DNA of 64,000 nt from an uncultured Anaerolineales bacterium (GCA_964549495.1 CAZJWJ010000002.1:28559-92558), one strand, 5' to 3'. Counted from the first letter of the stretch, positions 20,492 through 31,434 are shown. Program-made: numbers and translations. Notes: generated from the sequence alone by a model not told the origin.

Positions 20492-22270
20492 TTAGATCGA
20501 GTCGAGTTCAGCCGCCCAAAGCCTCCGCATCAGCTCCGAGCGCTCGAGCAGCGCCTCCAGCCGGCCCTGGTCGACCAGCCGGCCCTCGTCGAGCAGCAGG
20601 ATCTGGTCGGCGCGCCGCAGCGCCGGCCGGCGGTGGGAGACGACCAGGCAGGTCGGTCGCGCTTCCGACCCCTCGCCCGACGACCACTGGTCGAAGAGCC
20701 GGCGCCAGAGCTCGGCCTCGGTCTCGACGTCCAGGGCGCTGGAGAGGTCGTCGAAGACCAGCAGCTGGGGGCGGCGGACGAACATGCGGGCCGCGGCGGC
20801 GCGCTGGACCTGGCCGCCGGAGAGCCGCGTGCCGCGCGGGCCGACCAGGCTGTCCAGGCCTTCGGGCATCTCGGCGAGGTCCCGCTCGAGGACGGCGGCG
20901 TGGACGGCCGACGCCAGCCCGTCTTCACCGGCCGGCCAGCCCAGGAGGATGTTCTCGCGCAGGCTCTGGCTGAAGAGACGCGGCACCTGGGGCGTGTAGG
21001 CGCAGCGCGGCGGCACCAGGAAGGCGGCCGGATCCTCGACCGGGCGGCCGTTGAAGAGAATCTGGCCCTCCGAGCGCGGCAACAGGCCGAGGAGCGCGCG
21101 CAGCAGGCTGGTCTTGCCGGCGCCGACCGGACCGGTGACGACGGTGAAGCTGCCGGCCGGCAGGGCGAAGGAGACCTGCCGGATGCCGGCCCCGCTCGGA
21201 TGCCGCAGGCCGAGCCCCCGAACCTCGAGGCCGGTAAAGGGCTCGCCGGGCACCGGCGGCGGCGAGGGCTCCGGCATCGGGCCGAAGAGGTGGATCGGCC
21301 GGTGCCGGACCAGGTCGGAGGCCGGGGCGTCGGGCAGCAGCTCGACCAGGCGGTCCAGCGAGACGCTGGTCTGGCGGTACTGGGTCAGGTAATGCCCGAA
21401 CATGCCGATGACCGTGGCGATCCAGTCCAGGTAGGAGGCGAAGAGCGCGAAGTCGCCGATGCCGAAGCGCCCCTGGCGGATGGCCTCGGCCCCGATCAAG
21501 AGCAGCAGGGCGCGGCTGATGCCCGATGCGTAGAAGGAGACCGAGCGCAGGGCGTTGCCCAGGAGGGCATCGCGCAGGGCCGTGCTCCGGCGCAGGGCAT
21601 TCCTTTGTTGCAGGCGGCGCAGGACCCGGGACTCGGCGCCGGCTACCTGGACCGCCGTGACGGCGCCCAGCACCTCGCCGATCAGGCCGCTGACCTCGGC
21701 CGCCGCGCCGCGGGCCTCGCGCCGCAGATGCCGCAGCCGGCGCGAAGCGGCGTTGACCAGGGCCAGGACGAAGACCAGGGGCAGGAAGACGGCCAGCGTG
21801 AAGCGCGCGTCGACCCGGGCCAGGACCAGCAGGGCCACCAGGAGCACGGCGCCCTGGCCGATGGGGTCGAGGGTCCAGGTGAGGAAGCGGTAGACGGCCT
21901 CGACGTCGTCGCGCAGCCGGCTCTGCGCCTCACCGGTCGAGGAGGGCAGGGGGCGGGCGCCGGGGCGATGGAGGATGTGCTCGAGCAGGTTGGCCCGCAT
22001 CAGGCCGCCGACCCATTGGTGGACCCCGTTCTCGACCAGGACCGCCATGGCCAGTTGGATCATGCGGGCGACGGCGATGCCGGCCAGCAGGGCCAAGAGC
22101 GGCCCCACCGGGGATTGCGGGTCCAATTGCAGTCGGTCGAAGAGCCGCTGCACGACCAGGCCCGGCGCCAAGGGGATCAGGTAGAAGAGGACGCTGGCCA
22201 TCAGGCCGCTGGCCAGCCAGAGCCAGAAGCGGTAGCGGGCCAGGCGCCAGAGCAGTCGGGCGTGGCTCAC
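20492..22270 (-). CDS. ABC exporter half-transporter (TMD+NBD), degenerate Walker B
   Basis: GPVGAGKT, LSGGQ, LLVFDDLSS (Glu to Asp), VSHRR. Confidence 0.92.
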   Translation of the reverse strand: MSHARLLWRLARYRFWLWLASGLMASVLFYLIPLAPGLVVQRLFDRLQLDPQSPVGPLLALLAGIAVARMIQLAMAVLVENGVHQWVGGLMRANLLEHILHRPGARPLPSSTGEAQSRLRDDVEAVYRFLTWTLDPIGQGAVLLVALLVLARVDARFTLAVFLPLVFVLALVNAASRRLRHLRREARGAAAEVSGLIGEVLGAVTAVQVAGAESRVLRRLQQRNALRRSTALRDALLGNALRSVSFYASGISRALLLLIGAEAIRQGRFGIGDFALFASYLDWIATVIGMFGHYLTQYRQTSVSLDRLVELLPDAPASDLVRHRPIHLFGPMPEPSPPPVPGEPFTGLEVRGLGLRHPSGAGIRQVSFALPAGSFTVVTGPVGAGKTSLLRALLGLLPRSEGQILFNGRPVEDPAAFLVPPRCAYTPQVPRLFSQSLRENILLGWPAGEDGLASAVHAAVLERDLAEMPEGLDSLVGPRGTRLSGGQVQRAAAARMFVRRPQLLVFDDLSSALDVETEAELWRRLFDQWSSGEGSEARPTCLVVSHRRPALRRADQILLLDEGRLVDQGRLEALLERSELMRRLWAAELDSI

Positions 22271-24120
22271 GCGGAGGTCTCCGAACCTTCGTCCAGCCAG
22301 GCCAGTCGATCCAGCGCGGCCTGCAGGTCCTCGTCCGTCCGGCCAGCCTGCGCCATCTCGGCCGTTCGGAGCAGCTGGGCATAGCGCGAGGTGGGATCGG
22401 CCGCCAGGGCCTCGCGCGGTCCTTCTTCGACGATGCGTCCGTCGGCCAGGATGGCGATGCAGTCCACGCGCCGAAGGGTCTGCAGACGGTGGGCGATCAG
22501 GATGGCGCTGCGGCCGGCCATCAGCCGGTCGAGCGCCGCCTGGACGCGCGCCTCGGTGGCCGGATCCAGCCGCGAGGAGGCCTCGTCGAGGATGACCAGG
22601 CCGGGATCGCGCAGGAAGACGCGGGCCAAGGCCAGGAGTTGGGCCTGGCCGGCCGAGAGGTCGCTCCCGCCCGGCGCGATGGGGCTGTCGAGGCCTTCGG
22701 GGAGGCCGGAAAGCCAGGGGGACAGGCCCACCGCGTCCAGGGCTTCGACGAGGCGCGCGTCGGGCAGATCGGGATCGAAGAAGCTCAGGTTGTCGCGCAG
22801 GCTGGCGTGGAAGAGCTGGACGTCCTGGGTCACCAGCGCCACCCGGCCGCGGAGGTCGGCCAGGGCCAGCTGGCGCAGGTCGATGCCGGCCAGGCGCAGG
22901 CTGCCGGCATCGGGGTCCAGCAGCCGGAAGAGCAGGCGGGTGAGGCTGGTCTTGCCGCTGCCGGTCCGACCGACCAGCCCGAGATGGCTTCCGGCGGGCA
23001 GCTCCAGGTCGATGCCGCGCAGCACCGGCCGGTCGGGCCGGTAGCCGAAGCGCAGATCCGAGATCGAGAGCGACAGCGCGCCGGCGGGCAGGGGCCGGGG
23101 CTCGGCCGGATCGGAGACCGCCGGCTGCTGGGCCTGCAGGCGGCCGATGCGCGTCAGGGCCGCGCCGGCCTGCTGCAGGTCAGCCGCCTGGCGGGCCAGG
23201 GCGTCGATGGGCCCTTGCAGCAGCTGGCTGTAGCGGAAGATCAGGTAGATCGTGCCCACGCTGATCTGGCCGCCGGCATACAGCCAGGCACCCAGGCCCA
23301 GGGTCAGCGCCGTGCCGATGCCCAGCAGCAGGTTGGCGCTGCTGGCCGAGATCGAGGCGAAGAGGCCGGCGGTGATGCGCTTGCGGGCTGCCCGACGGGT
23401 CTGCTCGAAGAAGCCGTGCATCGCGTGCTCGGTCGCGCCGGCGGCACGCAGGTCCTCGGTGCCGGCCAGGCGTTCCTCGAGGAAGCCGAAGAGATCGGCC
23501 TGGGCCGCGCGGTCGGCGTCCCAGCGCCGGCGCCCGGGACCGGCCAGGAGCCGCAGGAAGAGGATGCCGCCGACGGCCACCAGGCCCAGCAAGGCGCCGA
23601 TCCGCCAGTCTACCCGCCAGAGCAGGGCCAGCGTGCCGGCCAGCAGCAGCAGGCTGCCGACCAATTCCAGCAGGAAGCGCGACAGGAAGTTGCCCAGCAG
23701 GGCCACGTCGCCGTCGACGCGTTCGATCAGGCTGCCGGGGCGGTGGCGGTCGTGAAAGCCGGGGCCCAGGGCGAGCAGCCTGCCCAGGAGCTCCTCGCGC
23801 AGGCGGTTGGTGCCGCTCTGGGCCAGGTCGGTGGCCAGGTAGTTGCTGGCCACGAAGAGCAGCTGCACCGCGGCGGCGATGGCCAGGAGGAGCAGGGCCA
23901 GTCGCCAGAGCTCGGCCAGGGGCGCGCCTTCCAGGGCGCGATCGATGAAGCGCCGCTCGATCTGGGGGCCCAGCAGGTCCAGGCTGATGTCGACGAGCAT
24001 CAGCAGGCCCAGGAGCAGGGCCCGGCCTCGCTGGGGGGCCAGATAGGCGCGCAGCGTGGCGCGATAGGCCGGCGCCGGCGTGGTTCTCCGGTCCTCGGCC
24101 GCGCGCGACGACGCGCTCAT
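22267..24120 (-). CDS. ABC exporter half-transporter (TMD+NBD)
   Basis: GRTGSGKT, LSAGQ, VILDEASS, IAHRL; ATG 24120 overlaps ybeY stop (ATGA). Confidence 0.92.
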   Translation of the reverse strand: MSASSRAAEDRRTTPAPAYRATLRAYLAPQRGRALLLGLLMLVDISLDLLGPQIERRFIDRALEGAPLAELWRLALLLLAIAAAVQLLFVASNYLATDLAQSGTNRLREELLGRLLALGPGFHDRHRPGSLIERVDGDVALLGNFLSRFLLELVGSLLLLAGTLALLWRVDWRIGALLGLVAVGGILFLRLLAGPGRRRWDADRAAQADLFGFLEERLAGTEDLRAAGATEHAMHGFFEQTRRAARKRITAGLFASISASSANLLLGIGTALTLGLGAWLYAGGQISVGTIYLIFRYSQLLQGPIDALARQAADLQQAGAALTRIGRLQAQQPAVSDPAEPRPLPAGALSLSISDLRFGYRPDRPVLRGIDLELPAGSHLGLVGRTGSGKTSLTRLLFRLLDPDAGSLRLAGIDLRQLALADLRGRVALVTQDVQLFHASLRDNLSFFDPDLPDARLVEALDAVGLSPWLSGLPEGLDSPIAPGGSDLSAGQAQLLALARVFLRDPGLVILDEASSRLDPATEARVQAALDRLMAGRSAILIAHRLQTLRRVDCIAILADGRIVEEGPREALAADPTSRYAQLLRTAEMAQAGRTDEDLQAALDRLAWLDEGSETSA

Positions 24121-24596
24121 GCGCCGGCAGGGCGCAGGCCCAACTGCGTCTCCAATCGGCGCATGCGCTCGGCGCCTTCTTCGCTCTCGTCCTCGTGGCC
24201 CAAGAGGTGCAGCAGGCCGTGGACGGCCAGCAGCCGCAGCTCGTCCTCCAGGGTCTGGCCTTGACGCTCCGCGCTGCGGGCCGCATAGGGCAGCGAGATC
24301 AATACGTCGCCCAGGTTGGCCGTTTCGCCGGCCGGGATGTCTGCCGGGTCGACCGGAAAGGACAGGACGTCCGTGGGACGGTCGATGCCGCGATGATCGC
24401 GGTTGAGCCGATGCAGGGTCGCATCGTCGCAGAGCACCAGCGCCATCTCGACTTCGGCCGCGACATCGAGCTCGCTCATCACCCGGTCCAGCAAGGCGCC
24501 GAGCCCATCGCACAGCGCTTCGGCCTGCAGGCACGCGTGGCCGTCCAGATTCTCGACCACGACGCGGATGGGCCGCCGCCAGGCGGGATCAGTCAT
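24117..24596 (-). CDS. ybeY: rRNA maturation endoribonuclease YbeY
   Basis: LNRDHRGIDRPTDVLSF, LGDVLIS, HGLLHLLGHED. Confidence 0.95.
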   Translation of the reverse strand: MTDPAWRRPIRVVVENLDGHACLQAEALCDGLGALLDRVMSELDVAAEVEMALVLCDDATLHRLNRDHRGIDRPTDVLSFPVDPADIPAGETANLGDVLISLPYAARSAERQGQTLEDELRLLAVHGLLHLLGHEDESEEGAERMRRLETQLGLRPAGA

Positions 24597-26787
24597 TCGA
24601 GGCCGACGACCGGGACGGCTTGCCGGCCATCGTGGGCGATCCGTCCTCGGCCCTGGTCTCCTGGCCCCGGCGCGCGCCCTCCGGATACTGGACGCGGGGA
24701 TGGTACATGCTCTGCAGGGTCGCCACGAAGCTGCGGCGGATCCGGCGCAGATCGCGCAGGGTCAGGTTGCTGTCCTCCAGCTGGCCGCCGTAGAGCCGGT
24801 CGAGGATGATCTTCTCGACCACCTCGTCGATCTCCTGATTGGACTGCGGGTTGCGGGCGCGCACCGCGGCCTCGGATCCGTCGGCCAGCATCAGGATGGC
24901 GGTCTCGCGCGACTGCGGCCGCGGACCCGGGTAGCGATAGTCGGCGATCTGGACCCGATCCTCGCCTTGCTGCTCGATGGCGCGGTGTAGGAAGTAGGCC
25001 ACCTTCATCGTGCCATGGTGCTGGCGGATGTAGTCGATGACCAGCTCGGGCAGGTGGTGTTCGTGGGCCAGTCGCTCACCCTCGGTGACGTGTTCGATGA
25101 TGATGGCCGCGCTGGTGGCGGGGTCCAGCTCGTCGTGCGGGTTGACGCCGCCCAGCTGGTTCTCGACGAAGAAGGCCGGCCGCAGGGTCTTACCCACGTC
25201 GTGGTAGTAGGCGCCGGCCCGGACCTGCAGCGGATCGGCACCGATGCTGCTGGCGGCGGCTTCGGCCAGATTGGAGAGCACCACCGAATGCTGATAGGTG
25301 CCCGGAGCGCGCATCTGGAGCTCGCGCAGGAGGGGCGCGTCCGGCCGCATCAACTCCAGGAGCTGGAAGGAGGTGGTCACGCCGAAGAGGGATCCGGCGG
25401 CCAGGACGGCCAGGGCCGTCAGGCCCGTGGCGAGGGCGGCCTGGGCTAGGGCCAGGCCGGCGATCTCTGCCAGCTGCTCGTTGGCGGCAAGAGGCTGCGT
25501 GAGCTGACTGCCCACGGCCACGGCAAGTCCGCTGCCGGCCACGGCAAGGCCGGCCCAGAGAAAGGCCTTGAGGCGCTCGATGCGATCGAGCACGATGGCG
25601 CCGGCAAGCCCGCCGAGCAGGAAGTAGAGCAGTACCTCCACGCTGGCGCCATCCAGCAAGCCGATGCTGGCGGCGACCAGGAGGGCGGAGAGCAATCCCA
25701 GCTCCAGGCCCAAGAGCACCGTGGTGGTCATGGCCACTGCGGTGGCCGGATAGACGTAGATCAAGGAAGCGGAGCCGCCGACCAGCAGCCGTCCACCGGC
25801 CACGATGACCAGCATCAAGAGCGCGGTCAGTCCCAAGGGGCGGGGATGATCGAGCAAGGCGGGCCGCCAGCGTGCCAGCAGGACGCCCAGGATGCCCACC
25901 AGGGTAAGGGCGAGGAGCAGGTCGGCCAAGGCCTGCCGCCAGCTGAAGGCGCCGGGCAGGAGACCGAATTGGGCCAGGGCCTCGTACTGGGCCGGCCCGA
26001 CGATGTCCCCCTCGCGAACGATGGTGCGCCCGGCCACGAACCGCTCCTCCACGGCCTCGGTGCTCTCGCGGGCTTCCTGGCGCCGGGCTTCGGTGGCCTC
26101 TTCGTCGACGATGCGATTGGCCACCACGAAGCCCGCGGCCAGGTCGGCCACCAGCCGCGCTTCCTCGGCGCCCATCTGCGGGTCGACTTCGTTGACCAGC
26201 TCGCGTCGCACGCCGGCCAGATCCTCGTCGCGGATGTACTGCCGCAGGGCTTGCACCACCACTCGCCGCACCTCGTCGGCCGCGTCCTGCCATTCGGCGG
26301 GAGCCAGGCGGCCATCCGGTCCGGCGCCCAGGATCAGATCGAGCTGATCCTGACTCAAGCGCTCGAACTCGGAGAAGCCTTGCACCCAGCGACGCTTGCT
26401 CTCGACGGATTCGGGAGAGCCGCGCAGCATGGTCACGTGGGACAGGATGCCCTGGGCGCGGTCGACCTGGCGGCCGCCGATGTCCGAGTCCACCCGGTAG
26501 ACCGGGGCGACCGCGGCGGCACGCCGATCGCGCTCGGCCTGTGTCGAGATCTCGCTGACGTACTGCTTGGTGAAGGGGGCGGCGAAGTCGCGCGGGCTGG
26601 GCGAGCCGATCTCGATGGGGCTGCTGCTGCTCTCGCCCGGCAAGGCGTGCACGGCAGCGATACCCAGCGCTAGGACCAAGCCGATGGCCAAAGAGATTTG
26701 ACGCTTTCGCGAAGCAAGCCAGAAGCGGGGATCGGAGAGTGTGGGGACGGCGGGGGAGGGCTCCCCGGGTCGCGGATCTGGGCTCAC
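24589..26787 (-). CDS. 7TM-HD phosphohydrolase (PgpH/YqfF-like c-di-AMP phosphodiesterase)
   Basis: Extracellular domain, TM bundle, APGTYQHS, AYYHDVGK, QHHGT, MLADGSEAA; next to ybeY as in the yqfF-ybeY arrangement. Confidence 0.9.
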   Translation of the reverse strand: MSPDPRPGEPSPAVPTLSDPRFWLASRKRQISLAIGLVLALGIAAVHALPGESSSSPIEIGSPSPRDFAAPFTKQYVSEISTQAERDRRAAAVAPVYRVDSDIGGRQVDRAQGILSHVTMLRGSPESVESKRRWVQGFSEFERLSQDQLDLILGAGPDGRLAPAEWQDAADEVRRVVVQALRQYIRDEDLAGVRRELVNEVDPQMGAEEARLVADLAAGFVVANRIVDEEATEARRQEARESTEAVEERFVAGRTIVREGDIVGPAQYEALAQFGLLPGAFSWRQALADLLLALTLVGILGVLLARWRPALLDHPRPLGLTALLMLVIVAGGRLLVGGSASLIYVYPATAVAMTTTVLLGLELGLLSALLVAASIGLLDGASVEVLLYFLLGGLAGAIVLDRIERLKAFLWAGLAVAGSGLAVAVGSQLTQPLAANEQLAEIAGLALAQAALATGLTALAVLAAGSLFGVTTSFQLLELMRPDAPLLRELQMRAPGTYQHSVVLSNLAEAAASSIGADPLQVRAGAYYHDVGKTLRPAFFVENQLGGVNPHDELDPATSAAIIIEHVTEGERLAHEHHLPELVIDYIRQHHGTMKVAYFLHRAIEQQGEDRVQIADYRYPGPRPQSRETAILMLADGSEAAVRARNPQSNQEIDEVVEKIILDRLYGGQLEDSNLTLRDLRRIRRSFVATLQSMYHPRVQYPEGARRGQETRAEDGSPTMAGKPSRSSASND

Positions 26788-26797
26788 GTCGTCGGTC

Positions 26798-27280
26798 TTA
26801 GGAAGCCAGCAGCCGTCGCACCACGGCGCTGACGAGCTTGCCGTCGGCTCGACCTTCGAGGGACTGCATCAAGGGGCCCATCACCTTGCCCATGTCCGAT
26901 GGGCCCTCGGCGCCGACGTCGGCGATCTGCTCGCGCGCGGCGGCCTCGATCTCCTCCTCGCTCATTTGTTTCGGCAGGTAGGACTCGATGATGGCCAACT
27001 CGGTCTCCTCGACGGCGACCAGATCGTCTCGTCCACCCTCGCGGTAGAGCGCGATGGACTCGCGGCGCTGTTTGGCTTGCTTCTGCAAGACGCCGAGCAC
27101 CGTGGCTTCATCCAGCGACTGTCCGCGTTGAAGCTGGCCCAGTCGAACCGCCTCCATCTCCGCCGTCTTGATGGCGGCGCGCAGCGAGCGCAGGGTGCGC
27201 TTCCGGTCCTCGTCGCCTCGGCGCATGGCCTCGGTGAGCTCGCTTGCGATGCGCGTTTCGAGCCGTTCGTTCATGATCAT
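26798..27280 (-). CDS. yqeY: GatB/YqeY domain protein
   Basis: KQAKQRRESIALYREGGRDDL, YLPKQMSEEEI, DMGKVMG, ADGKLVS. Confidence 0.92.
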   Translation of the reverse strand: MIMNERLETRIASELTEAMRRGDEDRKRTLRSLRAAIKTAEMEAVRLGQLQRGQSLDEATVLGVLQKQAKQRRESIALYREGGRDDLVAVEETELAIIESYLPKQMSEEEIEAAAREQIADVGAEGPSDMGKVMGPLMQSLEGRADGKLVSAVVRRLLAS

Positions 27281-27301
27281 GCCCTCCCAAGCAGGAAGGA
27301 C

Positions 27302-27310
27302 ATTATACCA
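27302..27310 (-). promoter_or_regulatory. Extended -10 (TGgTATAAT) for the yqeY-pgpH-ybeY-ABC run
   Basis: Plus strand CATTATACCA reads TGGTATAATG on the minus strand, ~25 nt upstream of yqeY. Confidence 0.65.
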
Positions 27311-27367
27311 TTCACGTGGGTGGGTCGCGCCTCGAGCTCGGGGGCTGGGCCTCCGCGGCCGTGCGGA

Positions 27368-28675
27368 TCAGGGGCAAGCGCCGAGGGCGCAGGGATTCTG
27401 GGGCACGCCGTTGAGTCGTACTTCCAGGTGGAGGTGGGGGCCCGTGCAGCGGCCACCGGCACCATAGGTACAGCCGATGCCGCCGATCACCTGGCCGCGC
27501 TGGACGGTCGCGCCGGGATTGACGCCGACCGAGTTCATGTGGGCATAGAGTGATTCGAAGCCGTTGCCGTGGTCGATGATCACGGCCCGGCCGGCCCATT
27601 GGTACCAGCCGGCGTACTTGACCACACCGCTGTCGATCGCGTAGATCGGCGAACCGGTGCGATTGGCGATGTCGATCGCCCGGTGCCAGCGGTGATAGCC
27701 CTGGGTAAGCCGGCCGGAGGCGCCGACGTAGAAGCTGCCCGAGCCGACCACCGTGCCCAACACGTTGCTGGCCGCCCAGCCACCGGCGCCGCGCGGCACG
27801 ATCAGGTCGCGGTAGCTGGGGATCTTGATCTCCATCTCGCCTTCGGGTACCACCAGCTCCGCGCCGACCACCAGGCCATCCCCGACCGACTGCAAGCCGT
27901 TGGCCTCGTAGGCCACGATCTGCTCCGGCGTCGACTTGTAGGTCTCGGCGATGTCGGCCAGGCTGTCGCCCTCCTGGACCACATGGACCACGGCCTTCAT
28001 CGGCAGCACCGTCAGCTCGTCACCCACCGACAGGTCGTGTGGCTTCTCGCGGATCTTGGGATTGGCGAAGAGCAACCAGATCGGTTCGATGCCGAAGCGC
28101 GCCGCGATGTTGGTGACCGTGTCCCCGCGCACCACGCGATAGGACTCCGGTTCGTCCCAGGGCAAGAGCGAGGGATGGGCCTCGACGATGGCGCCGGGCG
28201 AGACGAAGCCCGGACGGTCGTCCAGGTCCGAGATCGCCGCGACCGCAGCGCCCGAGCGGGCGCCGATCACCGAGTCGGGCACGAAGCTGCGCGCTCGTTG
28301 GGCCCAATCGCTCAAGGGTCGGTCGACGGTTACCGCCGCGGCGGACCGGCCGCTCGATGGCAGGTTGGAGACCGCGAAGACGGCCAGGGTCAGGACCAGC
28401 ACGATCGCGTGGGCCGCGAAGCGCCACATGATCGGCGAATCCAGATCGACCAGGCGGGTCAAGAGACGCCAGCGCCGGGCCAACCACTCCTCGGAGGCGG
28501 GCCGCAGCGAGGGGATGCTGGGCACCGTCACCAGGTTGGACGGGAGACCGAGGCTGGGGAGCGAACGCAGACGCTCGGCCGCCCCGAGGGGTTCGGGTGC
28601 CGGGATCCGCTCGATGATCTCGCGCGAGGGCCGTGCGCGCAGCGCGCGCCGATCCTGACTGAGATGGGTTGCCAA
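27368..28675 (-). CDS. M23 family peptidase with two LysM domains
   Basis: YRVVRGDTVTNIA and HVVQEGDSLADIA LysM; HRAIDIA, YAHM, GPHLHLEV M23 motifs; one TM; TTG start after AAGGA. Confidence 0.92.
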   Translation of the reverse strand: MATHLSQDRRALRARPSREIIERIPAPEPLGAAERLRSLPSLGLPSNLVTVPSIPSLRPASEEWLARRWRLLTRLVDLDSPIMWRFAAHAIVLVLTLAVFAVSNLPSSGRSAAAVTVDRPLSDWAQRARSFVPDSVIGARSGAAVAAISDLDDRPGFVSPGAIVEAHPSLLPWDEPESYRVVRGDTVTNIAARFGIEPIWLLFANPKIREKPHDLSVGDELTVLPMKAVVHVVQEGDSLADIAETYKSTPEQIVAYEANGLQSVGDGLVVGAELVVPEGEMEIKIPSYRDLIVPRGAGGWAASNVLGTVVGSGSFYVGASGRLTQGYHRWHRAIDIANRTGSPIYAIDSGVVKYAGWYQWAGRAVIIDHGNGFESLYAHMNSVGVNPGATVQRGQVIGGIGCTYGAGGRCTGPHLHLEVRLNGVPQNPCALGACP

Positions 28676-28862
28676 TCACATGTCCTTCGGCTCGGTACCC
28701 GATCCCCTTCGGGAGGTCGCACCGACGCGGCGCGATCTCGTAGGGCAGGCGAGGGGCTCGGGACCCGGCGGCCGGCTCGGAGGCTGGAAAGACGTCTCCA
28801 TACCGGCCGAGCACTCCGCGTCGAGATCTCGACGCGACATGCCCGGTGAACTGCGGGAGGGA

Positions 28863-28891
28863 TTTATAGGGTCGAAAGAGGGCCGAGTCAA
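28863..28891 (-). promoter_or_regulatory. sigma70-like promoter TTGACT-N17-TATAAA for the M23 gene
   Basis: Read on the minus strand; implies a ~180-nt leader. Confidence 0.5.
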
Positions 28892-29003
28892 CTTCTCGGA
28901 GCGCGATCCGGGGCTTCCCGACCGGCGCTTTCCCCACGCCCATCCTACGCTCACCCGACGCAGGCCGGGCAGCCTGGACGAACCCGCTCGTCGATCGAGG
29001 CCT

Positions 29004-30257
29004 TCAGGGCTGGTCGGCGTGAATGGTGGCCAGGAACTCTTGATTGCTCTCGGTGCGCTGCATGCGCTCGATCACCGCCTCGATGGCCTGGGCGCCGCCG
29101 CCCATCATGTCGACCATGCGCCGGACCAGCCAGACCCGCTCGAGCGTTTCCGGCTCGATGAGCAGGTCCTCGCGCCGAGTGCTGGACTTCTCGATGTCGA
29201 TGGCCGGATAGACCCGGCGCTCGGCCAGATGGCGGCTGAGAACCAGCTCCATGTTGCCGGTGCCCTTGAACTCCTCGTAGATCACGTCATCCATGCGGCT
29301 GCCGGTCTCGACCAGGCAGGTGGCGACGATGGTCAGGCTGCCCCCGTCCTCGATCTTGCGCGCCGCGCCGAAGAAATGCTTGGGCGGGAAGAGCGCGGCC
29401 GGGTCCATGCCGCCGGAGAGGGTACGGCCGCTCTGGGGTACGACCAGGTTGTAGGCCCGCGTCAGCCGGGTGATCGAGTCGAGCAAGATGACCACGTCAC
29501 GACCGTGCTCGACCAGGCGCTTGCCGCGTTCGAGGGCCATCTCGGCCACCCGCACATGATCGCTGATCGGCTCGTCGAAGGTCGAGCTGTAGACCTCGGC
29601 CTCGACGGAGCGGTCCATGTCGGTGACCTCTTCGGGCCGCTCGCCGATCAGCACCACCATCAGGTGCACGTCGAGCTCGTTCTGGCTGACGCCGTTGGCG
29701 ATGTCCTTGAGGATGGTGGTCTTGCCGGCCTTCGGCGGCGAGACGATCAGTCCTCGCTGGCCCCGCCCGATGGGCGAGAGGAGATCGATCAGCCGCGTGG
29801 AGATGTGGTCAGGCTCGGTCTCCAGGTTCAGGCGCTGGTTGGGGAAGATCGGCACCAGGTCCTCGAACTTGGGCCGTGTCTTGGTGGCATCCGGATTCAG
29901 GCCGTTGACCGCCTCGACGCGCAAGAGACCGTAGTACTTCTCGTTCTCCTTGGGGGGCCGCACCTGGCCGATGACCATGTCTCCGGTGCGCAAGGCAAAG
30001 CGCCGGATCTGGGACTGGCTGACGTAGACGTCCTCGTCGCCCGGCTTGACGTTCTGGGAGCGCAGGAAGCCGATTCCGTCCTGCACGATCTCCAGCACGC
30101 CGCCGCCGAAGATCAGGCCGCGCCGCTCGGCGTTGGCGCGCAGGAGACGGAAGACCAACTCGGTCTTCTTGAGCCGCTCGGCCTGGGGGATGTCGAAGTC
30201 GCCGGCCATCTGGCGCAGCTCATCGGTGCTCTTCGACTCGAGTTCGGCGATGTGCAA
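29004..30257 (-). CDS. rho: Transcription termination factor Rho
   Basis: [49 protein letters not shown]; TTG start. Confidence 0.97.
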   Translation of the reverse strand: MHIAELESKSTDELRQMAGDFDIPQAERLKKTELVFRLLRANAERRGLIFGGGVLEIVQDGIGFLRSQNVKPGDEDVYVSQSQIRRFALRTGDMVIGQVRPPKENEKYYGLLRVEAVNGLNPDATKTRPKFEDLVPIFPNQRLNLETEPDHISTRLIDLLSPIGRGQRGLIVSPPKAGKTTILKDIANGVSQNELDVHLMVVLIGERPEEVTDMDRSVEAEVYSSTFDEPISDHVRVAEMALERGKRLVEHGRDVVILLDSITRLTRAYNLVVPQSGRTLSGGMDPAALFPPKHFFGAARKIEDGGSLTIVATCLVETGSRMDDVIYEEFKGTGNMELVLSRHLAERRVYPAIDIEKSSTRREDLLIEPETLERVWLVRRMVDMMGGGAQAIEAVIERMQRTESNQEFLATIHADQP

Positions 30258-30321
30258 GGTAGCGTGCTCCGGTCGCGTGGCGCGGGCCGGCCGCGCCTGT
30301 CGGCGGTCGATTCGGGCCCGA

Positions 30322-31317
30322 TCAGCTGGCGTCGTAGGCGACCTGGCTGATCTGCATCAGCTTGTCCCAGTGATGCCGTGCGTCGATGGTGCGCACCGTG
30401 CCCGAGCGCGAGCGCATGACCACCGATTGGGTGGTGGCGCCATTGCCATGGTAGTGAACGCCATCGAGCAGCTCGCCGTCGGTGATGCCGGTGGCGGCGA
30501 AGAAGACGTTGTCGCTGGAGACCAGATCGTCGGTGGTCAACACGCGCGAGAGGTCGTAGCCGGCCGCCTCGGCCTTGCGCGCCTCGTTCTCGTCGCGCGG
30601 CCACAGGCGACCCTGGATGCTGCCGCCGAGGCATTTCAGCGCGCAGGCGGCGATCACGCCCTCCGGCGTGCCGCCGATGCCCATCAACACGTCCACGCCG
30701 GTGCGCTCGACGGCGGCCATGATCGCGCCGGCAACGTCGCCGTCGGTGATCAGCCGGATGCGCGCCCCGGTGGCGCGGATGTCCTCGATGAGCTTGGCGT
30801 GGCGCGGTCGGTCCAGGACGACCACCGTCAGGTCATCCAGGTCCTTGCGCTTGGCCTGCGCGATGCCGCGCAGGTTGGCCTCGACCGGAGCGTTGAGGTC
30901 GATGGCGCCGGCGGCATCGGGGCCGACGGCGATCTTGTCCATGTAGAAGACCGGGCCGGGATCGAACATCGAGCCGCGTTCGGCCACGCCGACGACCGCC
31001 AGGGCGTTCGGCCGCCCCAGGGCCAGGAGCCGGGTGCCGTCGACAGGATCGACGGCCACGTCGACCTGGGGTCCGTTGCCGGTGCCCACCTGCTCGCCGT
31101 TGAAGAGCATCGGGGCCTCGTCCTTCTCGCCTTCGCCGATGACCACAACGCCATCGCAGTCGACCGTGCGCAGCATCAGGCGCATGGCGTCGACGGCCGC
31201 TTGGTCGCCGGCCTCTTTCTCGCCGCGGCCCATCCAGCGGCCGGCAGCCAGCGCGGCCGACTCGGTGACGCGGGCGAGCTCGAGGGCGAGGTTTCGATCC
31301 GGGGCGGACTGGGCCAT
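30322..31317 (-). CDS. glpX: Class II fructose-1,6-bisphosphatase
   Basis: [47 protein letters not shown]. Confidence 0.96.
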   Translation of the reverse strand: MAQSAPDRNLALELARVTESAALAAGRWMGRGEKEAGDQAAVDAMRLMLRTVDCDGVVVIGEGEKDEAPMLFNGEQVGTGNGPQVDVAVDPVDGTRLLALGRPNALAVVGVAERGSMFDPGPVFYMDKIAVGPDAAGAIDLNAPVEANLRGIAQAKRKDLDDLTVVVLDRPRHAKLIEDIRATGARIRLITDGDVAGAIMAAVERTGVDVLMGIGGTPEGVIAACALKCLGGSIQGRLWPRDENEARKAEAAGYDLSRVLTTDDLVSSDNVFFAATGITDGELLDGVHYHGNGATTQSVVMRSRSGTVRTIDARHHWDKLMQISQVAYDAS

Positions 31318-31434
31318 GGAGAGCACTCCTGTGGGGCATGCAGGCCAAACTGTGCGTCGAGGAGAGGAGCTTCGGGGGTCGTGGAATCGGGAAGCCAGAC
31401 AACGAGGGGCAGCCGGTGCCGGCCGCGAGCGGCG

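Noticed and set aside
28676-28860. c-di-AMP (ydaO) riboswitch ahead of the LysM-M23 gene
   Set aside because: Context fits, but the GCUGAA, GGGGGA and UCAGCUAAC conserved blocks are not present.
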